Part shown: in pieces, positions 6,869 through 14,529 of the stretch | Position numbering within the stretch: position 1 is the first letter of the stretch | Layout of the letters: every line of letters begins with the position of its first letter | Source: Paracoccus suum | GTDB taxonomy: Bacteria > Pseudomonadota > Alphaproteobacteria > Rhodobacterales > Rhodobacteraceae | Reading direction: 5' to 3' | DNA: 32,000 nt | NCBI RefSeq assembly: GCF_003324675.1 | Contig: NZ_CP030918.1 | Location: 3,060,001 to 3,092,000 of the forward strand | Program-made: the position numbers and the translations under genes | Notes under the pieces: generated by a model | What the model saw: the letters and a program-made list of their open reading frames with translations, nothing else | Databases searched by the model: none | What the model was told of the DNA's origin: nothing

Positions 6869-9343
6869 ATGATGGCCAGCAAGAGCAAAGACCAACACCC
6901 TGCCCCCCTCCACATGGAGAGCAGTTCTCGCGTCGGCGGCCATGAGCATCGCGGGCCGGGACATTCTCACGAACACGGGCATGCTCACTCGGGGCACCAC
7001 GGGACGGAGCATTCGCACGCTGCGGAGGCGACTCCGACAGACAGCGTGCATCGGGTCAAGGACCCGGTCTGCGGCATGATGGTCGATCCCCATGCGACGC
7101 AGCACAAGGCCGAGCATGCGGGGCGGCCGTATTACTTCTGCTCGGCCGGATGCCGCGCGAAGTTCCTGGCCGAGCCGGACCGCTACCTCGACCCGGCCGC
7201 TGCGGCGGCAAAGGCCGAGCCCGTGCCCGAGGGGACGATCTACACCTGTCCCATGCACCCAGAGATCCGGCAGGTGGGGCCGGGATCCTGCCCGATCTGC
7301 GGCATGGGGCTGGAGCCTGTGCTGGTCAGCCTCGAGGCGGAGCCCAATCTCGAACTGATCGATATGCGGCGCCGCTTCTGGATCGGGCTGGTGCTGACGG
7401 TCCCTGTATTCATTCTGGAAATGGGCGGCCATTTCCTCGGGCTGGACCGCTACATCGATCAGCAGACCTCGAACTGGATCCAGCTGCTCTTCGCGACCCC
7501 GGTCGTCCTGTGGGCCGGGTGGCCCTTCTTCCAGCGCGGCTGGCAGTCGCTGGTCACGCGCAATCTCAACATGTTCACCCTGATCGCCATGGGCACGGGG
7601 GCGGCGTGGATCTACAGCGTCGTTGCGACGCTCGCGCCAGACATCTTCCCGGACGCCTTCCGCCAGCATGACGGGTCGGTCGCGGTTTATTTCGAAGCCG
7701 CAGCGGTCATCACCGTGCTCGTGCTGCTCGGACAGGTGCTGGAACTCCGGGCGCGGGAAAGCACCAGCGGCGCAATCCGGGCGCTGCTCGATCTCGCCCC
7801 GAAAACCGCACGGGTCATCCGTGATGACGGCACCGAAGAAGAGGTGCAGCTCGACACTGTCCATGTCGGCGACCGCCTGCGGGTGCGGCCGGGCGAGAAG
7901 GTGCCCGTGGATGGCGAGGTGCTGGAAGGCCGCAGCGCCGTCGACGAGTCGATGGTGACGGGCGAATCCATGCCGGTGACCAAGGAGGTCGGCTCGCGGG
8001 CGATCGGGGGGACCATGAACCAGTCCGGCGCGCTGGTGATCGAGGCCCGCAAGGTCGGACGCGACACCATGCTGTCGCAGATCGTCCAGCTTGTCGCAGA
8101 GGCACAGCGCAGCCGTGCCCCGATCCAGCGACTTGCCGACCAGGTGTCGGGCTGGTTCGTGCCGGCGGTGATCGTGGTCGCGGTGCTCGCCTTCATCGCC
8201 TGGTCGATCTGGGGCCCGGAGCCGCGCTTCGCCTATGCGCTGGTCGTGGCGGTTTCGGTCCTGATCATCGCCTGCCCCTGCGCGCTGGGTCTGGCGACGC
8301 CGATGTCGATCATGTTCGGCGTCGGCCGCGGCGCGCAGAATGGCGTCCTGATCAAGAACGCCGAGGCGCTCGAGCACATGGAGAAGGTCGACACGATCAT
8401 CGTCGACAAGACCGGCACACTGACGGAGGGGCGTCCCGCCGTCACGGCCATCGTTCCCGCTGCCGGTCTTACCGAGGAGGAGGTGCTGCGCCTGGCCGCC
8501 AGCGTCGAGCGGGCGAGCGAGCATCCGCTGGCGCTCGCCATCGTGCGCGCGGCAGAGGAGCGGGGGATCGCGACCGCACCGGTTGCGGATTTCGACTCGC
8601 CGACCGGGAAGGGCGCCTATGGCACGGTCGAGGGCAAGCGCATTCCCCTCGGCAACGCAAACTTCCTGGCCGAAGAAGGGGTCGATGTGACGCCGCTGGC
8701 CGCGCAGGCTGACCGGCTGCGCCAAGACGGGGCGACCGCGATCTTCATGGGCGTGGACGGAGAGGTCGCCGCAATCTTCGCCATCGCCGATCCGGTCAAG
8801 CCCTCCACGCCTGAAGCGCTTGCCGCGCTGAAGGCCCAAGGCATCCGCGTGGTCATGCTCACCGGCGACAACTGGACCACAGCGAAGGCGGTCGCCCGAC
8901 AGCTGGGCATCGACGAGGTCGAGGCGGAGGTCCTGCCGGACCAGAAGAGCGAGGTCGTGCAGCGGCACAAGGCGGCGGGCGAGGTGGTGGCGATGGCGGG
9001 CGACGGCGTCAACGATGCCCCTGCGCTCGCGGCCGCGGATGTCGGCATCGCCATGGGCACCGGCACCGACGTGGCGATGGAGAGCGCGGGCGTCACCCTC
9101 CTGAAGGGCGATCTCACCGGCATTGTTCGGGCGCGGCGACTGTCTCAGGCGGTGATGCGCAACATCCGCCAGAACCTTTTCTTCGCCTTCATCTACAACG
9201 CGCTCGGTATCCCGATCGCCGCGGGGGTGCTTTATCCGTTCTTCGGCATCCTGCTGTCGCCGATCATCGCGGCAGCCGCCATGGCGCTATCCTCGGTCAG
9301 CGTGATCGCGAATGCGTCTCGGCTGCGGGGCGTGAAGCTGTGA
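6869..9343 (+). CDS. copA: Copper(I)/silver-translocating P1B-type ATPase with His-rich, YHS/TRASH and CPMHPE-type N-terminal metal-binding modules
   Basis: 824 aa. Motifs: His-rich [43 protein letters not shown]...[30 protein letters not shown] transmembrane motif ([13 protein letters not shown]), DKTGTLT, MLTGDN and [10 protein letters not shown]. Confidence 0.95.
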   Translation: MMASKSKDQHPAPLHMESSSRVGGHEHRGPGHSHEHGHAHSGHHGTEHSHAAEATPTDSVHRVKDPVCGMMVDPHATQHKAEHAGRPYYFCSAGCRAKFLAEPDRYLDPAAAAAKAEPVPEGTIYTCPMHPEIRQVGPGSCPICGMGLEPVLVSLEAEPNLELIDMRRRFWIGLVLTVPVFILEMGGHFLGLDRYIDQQTSNWIQLLFATPVVLWAGWPFFQRGWQSLVTRNLNMFTLIAMGTGAAWIYSVVATLAPDIFPDAFRQHDGSVAVYFEAAAVITVLVLLGQVLELRARESTSGAIRALLDLAPKTARVIRDDGTEEEVQLDTVHVGDRLRVRPGEKVPVDGEVLEGRSAVDESMVTGESMPVTKEVGSRAIGGTMNQSGALVIEARKVGRDTMLSQIVQLVAEAQRSRAPIQRLADQVSGWFVPAVIVVAVLAFIAWSIWGPEPRFAYALVVAVSVLIIACPCALGLATPMSIMFGVGRGAQNGVLIKNAEALEHMEKVDTIIVDKTGTLTEGRPAVTAIVPAAGLTEEEVLRLAASVERASEHPLALAIVRAAEERGIATAPVADFDSPTGKGAYGTVEGKRIPLGNANFLAEEGVDVTPLAAQADRLRQDGATAIFMGVDGEVAAIFAIADPVKPSTPEALAALKAQGIRVVMLTGDNWTTAKAVARQLGIDEVEAEVLPDQKSEVVQRHKAAGEVVAMAGDGVNDAPALAAADVGIAMGTGTDVAMESAGVTLLKGDLTGIVRARRLSQAVMRNIRQNLFFAFIYNALGIPIAAGVLYPFFGILLSPIIAAAAMALSSVSVIANASRLRGVKL

Positions 9344-9462
9344 TGTCCGGGTGGCATCGTGGGCCGTTCCCGCGAGCGCATCTGACAGGCGACATCATGC
9401 CGCGGGACGCCGGCGCATTCTCACCCGTTCGTGGGTCGCGCTCCGGACTAGCCGGTGAGATC

Positions 9463-9975
9463 ATGGAGTCCACGAAGAAAGGTTTGACGATGCGGAACGA
9501 TCACACCATCGGCCGGCGGGCCGTTCTCGCGGCCGCCGCCGCACTTCCGTTCCTGCTGTCGATGCCGGCGTGGGCGCGGGCCGAGGCCCTGCCGCTCGTG
9601 ACCGTCACCAAGGATCCGTCCTGCGGCTGCTGCGACGGCTGGATCGCGCATATCGAAGCCGCGGGCTTTCCGGTGCGGGTCGTGGACTCGGACGACGTGT
9701 TCAGCCTCAAGGAGCGGCTCGGCGTGCCGGCCGAGCTGACCTCCTGCCATACGGCCGAGGTGGACGGCTATGTGGTGGAGGGTCATGTGCCAGCTGCCGC
9801 GATCCGCCGCCTGCTGGCCGAGCGGCCCTCCGGGACGGGACTTGCCGTTCCCGGAATGCCTGCCGGCTCGCCCGGCATGGATTTTTCCGGGGTCGAACCC
9901 GAGCCCTATGAAGTGCTCCTGTTCGGTCCGACCACCCAGACCTTCGGGCGCTACCTCGGCGCGCAGGAAATCTGA
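9463..9975 (+). CDS. copG: DUF411 / CopG-family periplasmic copper-resistance protein with a Tat-type signal
   Basis: Twin-arginine signal (TIGRRAVLAAAAALPF), CGCCDGW Cys motif, and TSCHTAEVDGY plus MPAGSPGM motifs typical of DUF411. The alternative start ATG 9490 is equally plausible. Confidence 0.85.
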   Translation: MESTKKGLTMRNDHTIGRRAVLAAAAALPFLLSMPAWARAEALPLVTVTKDPSCGCCDGWIAHIEAAGFPVRVVDSDDVFSLKERLGVPAELTSCHTAEVDGYVVEGHVPAAAIRRLLAERPSGTGLAVPGMPAGSPGMDFSGVEPEPYEVLLFGPTTQTFGRYLGAQEI

Positions 9976-10099
9976 GCCAGGCGCCTCCACATGACCGTCC
10001 ACCTTGCCGCCGATCCGATGCAGCTCAAGCCGCGAGCGATGGCCTTGCCCGCGTCAGCAGCGCATCGGCCCGGCTCGACACCGAGAAGGCAGGTGGCTC

Positions 10100-10510
10100 A
10101 TGAGCGGGCGCTTCAGAGTTGCGTTCGCGGCGAGATGCGGCCGATTGCGCCAGTTCGCGATCGGCATCCTGTTGCTTGCCATCAGCTCCCTCGTTCTGCA
10201 GGGCGTAGCGCATGCCAGCCCGACCGGACACGCCCTCCACCGCGAACAGAGCGCGGCCACGGCGAGCCACTGCGGCCAACATCACCTGCCCGGCGATCAC
10301 GGGGCAGAGACATCTGCAGGCTGCGAGAGTGATGACGGCGGCCAGATGCTGGCCGACTGCTGTCAGACCTGTCTGATCGCCGCCGTTCCCGTCGGGCCGC
10401 TGACGTTCGGGCCGTCCGTGAATGGTGAACTGTTCAGGGTCATGCACCGTGACCCGTGGGAACGATCCCCCGAAGGAATCCTGAGGCCGCCTCGTCTGAT
10501 TGCTGCGTGA
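10100..10510 (+). CDS. Small His/Cys-rich protein with an N-terminal signal/anchor helix (paralog 2), unknown family
   Basis: AGGTGG RBS. MSGRFRVAFAARCGRLRQFAIGILLLAISSLVLQG. His-rich stretch (GHALH, HCGQHHLPGDH), motif LADCCQTCLIAAVP and C-terminal PEGILRPPR. Shares motifs with 4233..4652. Confidence 0.6.
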   Translation: MSGRFRVAFAARCGRLRQFAIGILLLAISSLVLQGVAHASPTGHALHREQSAATASHCGQHHLPGDHGAETSAGCESDDGGQMLADCCQTCLIAAVPVGPLTFGPSVNGELFRVMHRDPWERSPEGILRPPRLIAA

Positions 10511-10621
10511 CGGCCGCTCCGGCGCGACCGCCGGCAGCGCGCACTTCGAGCCCAGACGAACTTTCGGAGACCCGCGTCCGCGAATGTGACGCCGGCCCTC
10601 CGGTGCCAAGGATGAAAACCC

Positions 10622-12148
10622 ATGAACCGAACTGCAATCGTTCTTTCCGTCAGCCTGCTGGCGGGCCTGCCGGGCGCTGCTCTCGCCCAGGCCGAACATG
10701 ATACCCACCACCCGGGAACCCCGCCCGCCCAAGCGGAACAGGCTCCCGCGCCCACGTCTCCCTCGGACCGGATGCCCGGCATGCAGGGCATCCCCGAGCA
10801 TGGCCAGGCCATGATGCAGGCGATGCAGCAAATGATGCAGGGGGGCATGCACGGCGGAATGGCCGCACCCGGCGCTGACGGCGCCCCAACGAGCCTTTCC
10901 AGCGCTCCCGACTTCACGCAGGCCTACGTCGCCGCGATGAATGAAATGCACGGACCGATGATGGCAGGCGTCATGGCCGATGACCCGGACGACGCCTTCG
11001 TCCGGGGCATGATCCCGCATCATCAGGGTGCGATCGACATGGCGAAGATCGTCCAACAATACGGCGACGATCCGCAGACCCGGGCATGGGCGGAGCAGAT
11101 CATCGCGGCGCAGGAAGGCGAGATCGCCGAGATGCAGGCATGGCTGGAGACGAACGCTGGCGAGGCACCAACCGCCCTCGGTCAGACAGGCGGGACCGTC
11201 TACTCCGCCAACGAGGGCGGCAATTCCATCAGCGCCATCGATCTCGGCACGGGTTCGGTCGAGACCGTTGACGTCGGCGTGTCGCCGCACAATGTCGATC
11301 TGACGCCGGACGGAAATCTGCTGCTCGCGGTCGGGAGCCCTGCCGCCGATCACGCTCACGGATCGGCTGACGATGGACATGCCGACACCGATGCGGGCGG
11401 AGGGGTTCTGGTGGTGCTCGATCCGGAACGACTGTCGCAACCCGTCGCCACTCTGGAAGTCGGGGCGCATCCGGCGCATGTCGTCGCCGACGGCAACGGG
11501 CGCGCCTATGCTTCGCTTTCCGGCGGGAACGAAATTGCGGTCGTCGATCTCGCGGCGGCTTCGGTGATCGAACGCATCGCGACCGGAGCCTATCCGCACG
11601 GGCTGCGCCTCAGCCCGGATGAGAGCGAGCTCTATGTGGCCAATGTCGAGGACGGCTCGGTCTCCGTCATCGACACGCAGGACCTGACGGAAGTTGCGCG
11701 CATCCCGGTGGGCGCAGCGCCTGTACAGGTCGGGTTCACGCCGTCTGGCGATCAGGTCTACGTCTCGCTGCGCGACGAGAACCGGGTGGCCGTCATCGAC
11801 ACCTCGTCCCGCGAGGTGACGAACAGGATCGACGTCGGGCCGAACCCGATCCAGATGTTCGCGACCCCGGATGGAGCCTACGTCTACGTGGCCAACCAGG
11901 GCACCGACGCGGAGCCGAACGACACGGTGTCCGTGATCGACACGGCGACGGGAGAGGTCGTGAAGACGATCACCACCGGGGGTGGCGCCCATGGCGTGTC
12001 GGCATCGGCGGACGGGGCTTACGTGTTCGTAACGAACATTGCGGACGACACAGTGTCGATCATCGACGTAGAGAGCCAGGACGTCGTCAGGACGGTGCCC
12101 GTCGGCGATCGGCCGAATGGCATCGTGTACGGCGGATCGAGCCGCTAA
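10622..12148 (+). CDS. Secreted fusion protein: Met/His-rich DUF305 domain plus a YVTN/YncE-type beta-propeller
   Basis: Signal peptide (IVLSVSLLAGLPGAALA). Met-rich QAMMQAMQQMMQGGMHGGM. DUF305 core (GMIPHHQGAIDMA ... IIAAQEGEIAEMQAW). About 320 aa of repeated blades follow (YVAN/YVSL/VYVAN..., IAVVD, VSVID, VAVID, VSVID, VSIID). Confidence 0.85.
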   Translation: MNRTAIVLSVSLLAGLPGAALAQAEHDTHHPGTPPAQAEQAPAPTSPSDRMPGMQGIPEHGQAMMQAMQQMMQGGMHGGMAAPGADGAPTSLSSAPDFTQAYVAAMNEMHGPMMAGVMADDPDDAFVRGMIPHHQGAIDMAKIVQQYGDDPQTRAWAEQIIAAQEGEIAEMQAWLETNAGEAPTALGQTGGTVYSANEGGNSISAIDLGTGSVETVDVGVSPHNVDLTPDGNLLLAVGSPAADHAHGSADDGHADTDAGGGVLVVLDPERLSQPVATLEVGAHPAHVVADGNGRAYASLSGGNEIAVVDLAAASVIERIATGAYPHGLRLSPDESELYVANVEDGSVSVIDTQDLTEVARIPVGAAPVQVGFTPSGDQVYVSLRDENRVAVIDTSSREVTNRIDVGPNPIQMFATPDGAYVYVANQGTDAEPNDTVSVIDTATGEVVKTITTGGGAHGVSASADGAYVFVTNIADDTVSIIDVESQDVVRTVPVGDRPNGIVYGGSSR

Positions 12149-12155
12149 GGAGTTC

Positions 12156-12183
12156 GGCGCCGGAGCGGTCTCGCTCCGGCGCC
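12156..12183 (+). terminator. Perfect 12-bp GC hairpin immediately after the DUF305-propeller gene
   Basis: ggcgccggagcg-gtct-cgctccggcgcc, 8 nt after the stop codon. No clear U-tract. Confidence 0.5.
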
Positions 12184-12327
12184 AGACTTGGAAGCATGGA
12201 TATCATGTCCGCCAACACAGTCAGCGCCGGCCTGCGCGCAAGTGCAGGGCTTCTCCAAACGGTACTCGGTGCATCGGAATCACCGCCGCCATCGCCCTCG
12301 TGGCTATCCAAGAGGTGAGAAGAGACA

Positions 12328-12930
12328 ATGAGACTGATAGTGTTCGGACCACCGGGAGCAGGGAAGGGAACGCAGGCGCAGCGCCTGGCCGAACGCCACT
12401 CGATCCCTCAGCTTTCTACAGGAGATATGCTGCGCGCTGCTGTGACCGAAGGCACCGAAACCGGGCGGCGGGTCAAGGCGATCATGGATCGCGGCGAACT
12501 CGTACCCGACGATGTGGTCAACCAGATGGTATCCGACCGGATCGATCAAGAGGATTGCCGCAAAGGGTTCATTCTCGACGGCTTTCCCCGGACAGTCGCG
12601 CAGGCGGAGTCCCTGACGGCCATGCTGGAGCGAAGGGGCGTCAGGCTTGACGCAGTGATCGAACTGAAGGTCGATCAGACCTCGCTCATCGAGCGAATGG
12701 AAAAGCGCGTCGCCGATACGCTGGCCGCTGGCGGCACGGCTCGTAGCGACGACAATCGGGATACCTTTGTCAGACGTCTCGACGCATACCGGAACAAAAC
12801 GGAGCCGCTACTGGACTACTATCGCCGAAGGAATGAGCTCATTACGGTTGATGGAATGCAGGGCATCGACGACGTGGCGCGCGAGATTGAGGACGTACTG
12901 ACCCGGCGATCCTCGGGATCACGACGCTGA
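12328..12930 (+). CDS. adk: Adenylate kinase (short-lid form), orphan accessory copy
   Basis: P-loop [29 protein letters not shown], and a LID region without a Cys4 zinc site. Visibly more A/T at third codon positions than neighbouring genes. GAGGTGAGAAG RBS-like stretch upstream. Confidence 0.9.
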   Translation: MRLIVFGPPGAGKGTQAQRLAERHSIPQLSTGDMLRAAVTEGTETGRRVKAIMDRGELVPDDVVNQMVSDRIDQEDCRKGFILDGFPRTVAQAESLTAMLERRGVRLDAVIELKVDQTSLIERMEKRVADTLAAGGTARSDDNRDTFVRRLDAYRNKTEPLLDYYRRRNELITVDGMQGIDDVAREIEDVLTRRSSGSRR

Positions 12931-13048
12931 TCCTGGCGACAAGGAACGGTGAGGGACACCACCTGGCCGCTGCGTCCAGCGATCGAATCGGCATGCGGCC
13001 TGTCGCCATATCGGTGCGGATTGCAGACCGCAGGCGCTCAGGCTCTTG

Positions 13049-13312
13049 CTAGCTTGTCTCAAGAGAGCAGGCCCGAGCCTGCTCTCTCATCACTGCGTAG
13101 TCGCTCAGCATTTCCGCGATGATCGAGCCTTCCGGCAACGATGCCAGTTCCTCGGCGGCCCGCGCCTGAAGCTCACGGCTGTACTCCACAGCCGGCGGGC
13201 ACAACGCGAGGCCGCCGTTTTCAGAACCGGCCGTTGCGCAGCCGGTCAGCAAGCTCGGCGCGATCGCGAGGACGGCGAGCGGCAGCCTCCAGCATCCGGC
13301 GTTGGACATCAT
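13049..13312 (-). CDS. Rz1-like outer-membrane lipoprotein (o-spanin candidate)
   Basis: 87 aa. Signal plus lipobox LLTG|C. Small Pro/Cys-containing mature part. The start lies inside the preceding gene in another frame (about 92-nt overlap), the overlapped spanin architecture. Confidence 0.6.
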   Translation of the reverse strand: MMSNAGCWRLPLAVLAIAPSLLTGCATAGSENGGLALCPPAVEYSRELQARAAEELASLPEGSIIAEMLSDYAVMREQARACSLETS

Positions 13313-13478
13313 TGGTCTTCTCCGTGGTTTCAAGACGCTCGGCGAGGCGGCCGGTGCGCTCGCCGGAACGCCGGAGCGCGAGCAGGAACAGAAGCACGCT
13401 GAAGCCAACGGCGCCGTAGCGCAGCGCGGCCCGCATCCATGGGCTGGCGGCAATGCCGCTCAGCAGCGCGGCGATCAT
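13221..13478 (-). CDS. Rz-like inner-membrane protein (i-spanin candidate)
   Basis: 85 aa. ATGA overlap with the endolysin stop. N-terminal TM (AALRYGAVGFSVLLFLLAL) followed by a charged helical region (ERLETTEKTNDVQRRMLEAAARRPRDRAELADRL). Confidence 0.5.
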   Translation of the reverse strand: MIAALLSGIAASPWMRAALRYGAVGFSVLLFLLALRRSGERTGRLAERLETTEKTNDVQRRMLEAAARRPRDRAELADRLRNGRF

Positions 13479-14149
13479 CGACGCCCCCGCTTCCAGTCGT
13501 CGAGCCGCGCGTAGATGGTCACGGCGACGCCCGCGAGTGCCACGGCGATGAACACCCAGCGCAGCGTTTCGAGATAGGACACAAGCGGCAGGATGGCGGA
13601 CTGGGTCTCGGCCAGGACGCTCTGCGCAACCTCGACACCCGCGGCACCCAGCGTCGCCACACCGGCCGCGCCGCCGCCCTTCATGGTGCGGCTGTCGGCC
13701 AGAACCTCGCGCGCTGGTGGCGTTTCTTCGGCGAAGGCAGTCGGCCGGACCGGGAACCGCTCGCCCCACTGCCGCGCGGGCCCAAGGTCGACATGCATGA
13801 ACCCCGAGCGCGGATAGAAGCCGAAGCCGAGGAAACCGACCTCCCGCGCCACCGCCTCGAAGGCCACCGGATCGTGGTTCGCCATGGCAATGTCGAAGGC
13901 GGTGCCGTCGAGGTGTTTCGACCGGGTCGCGCCGCCGACGGCGCGGTTGTGCTCGGGGCTGCGATAGGCCGAGCGGACGATCAGCGGCTTGCCCAGCCGG
14001 TCGCGCAGCGCCTGCAGCCTGTCAAGCGCGGGTTCGTTGATCAGCAGCTTGCCGGTGCCCCGGCAGGCGATCTCGGCGGGCGAGAAGTTCGGCCAGCGCC
14101 AGGCATTCTTCGGCACGTCACGCCAATGGCGGTGGAAGGTCGTGGTCAT
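13475..14149 (-). CDS. Peptidase M15A-type (D-Ala-D-Ala carboxypeptidase-like) endolysin with a C-terminal hydrophobic extension
   Basis: TGGAGGA RBS. Zn-ligand pattern SAYRSPEHN ... SKHLDGTAFD ... MHVD. The C-terminal 70 aa hold a Gly/Ala-rich segment and a TM helix (WVFIAVALAGVAVTIYA). Confidence 0.85.
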   Translation of the reverse strand: MTTTFHRHWRDVPKNAWRWPNFSPAEIACRGTGKLLINEPALDRLQALRDRLGKPLIVRSAYRSPEHNRAVGGATRSKHLDGTAFDIAMANHDPVAFEAVAREVGFLGFGFYPRSGFMHVDLGPARQWGERFPVRPTAFAEETPPAREVLADSRTMKGGGAAGVATLGAAGVEVAQSVLAETQSAILPLVSYLETLRWVFIAVALAGVAVTIYARLDDWKRGRR

Positions 14150-14163
14150 GGGGTCCTCCAAAC

Positions 14164-14188
14164 GAAAAAACCCGCCTCGAGGGCGGGT
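14164..14188 (-). terminator. Canonical Rho-independent terminator on the minus strand, between the small TM protein gene and the endolysin RBS
   Basis: Minus-strand RNA reads ACCCGCC-CUCGA-GGCGGGU followed by UUUUU, a 7-bp GC stem with a 6-U tract. The endolysin GGAGGA RBS and ATG follow immediately. Confidence 0.7.
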
Positions 14189-14222
14189 CATGATGGGCTG
14201 ACAGATCGGAACGAGACGACGG

Positions 14223-14510
14223 CTACGGGCCGTTGCCGAAGATCTTGAGCTTGATGGCGATGCCCGCCAGCAGCGCCAGCACGACGCCGGTGGTGATCAT
14301 GCGAACTGCAGTCTGCATCGCGGTGCGGCGCACCAGCCGGATACAGTCCACCAGCGAGCGCAGATCGCGGATGTCGAGCGCGGCCTCGTCGCCGTCGAGC
14401 CCGACATCGGCGAGCGCGCGTTTGGCGCCTTCCTCGGCCGCCCGGGTCAGGATCGCCTCGAACTCGGCGTCGGGCATGCGCACGAAGCCCTCGGATCGGG
14501 GTGGGTTCAT
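14223..14510 (-). CDS. Small protein with one C-terminal TM helix (holin-like / lysis-associated candidate)
   Basis: GGAGGA RBS 5 nt before ATG 14510. 95 aa with an acidic soluble N-terminal part and the helix MITTGVVLALLAGIAIKLKIF. The longer 166-aa ORF-track version overlaps the fibre gene and is Arg/Pro-rich junk upstream. Confidence 0.5.
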   Translation of the reverse strand: MNPPRSEGFVRMPDAEFEAILTRAAEEGAKRALADVGLDGDEAALDIRDLRSLVDCIRLVRRTAMQTAVRMITTGVVLALLAGIAIKLKIFGNGP

Positions 14511-14529
14511 CAGATCCTCCTTGCGCCGC

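Noticed and set aside
6314-8968. 884-aa minus-strand ORF
   Set aside because: It is antisense to the well-supported copA and CDF genes. Its composition is Arg/Gly/Asp/His-rich and typical of a high-GC shadow frame, and it has no recognisable motifs.
10025-11992. 655-aa minus-strand ORF
   Set aside because: It is antisense to the DUF305-propeller gene and the CC-motif gene. It is Arg-rich and low-complexity with no domain signatures.
12117-12650. 177-aa plus-strand ORF overlapping the adk start
   Set aside because: It is out of frame with the clearly conserved adenylate kinase and runs across the terminator hairpin. It is Arg-rich.
12931-13048. T-loop-like gatcgaatcg and an inverted repeat tggcgacaagg / cctgtcgcca in the adk-spanin gap, considered as a possible tRNA fragment or att site
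   Set aside because: The flanks do not form acceptor or T stems, the arms are short and 55 nt apart, and no matching repeat occurs elsewhere in the window.
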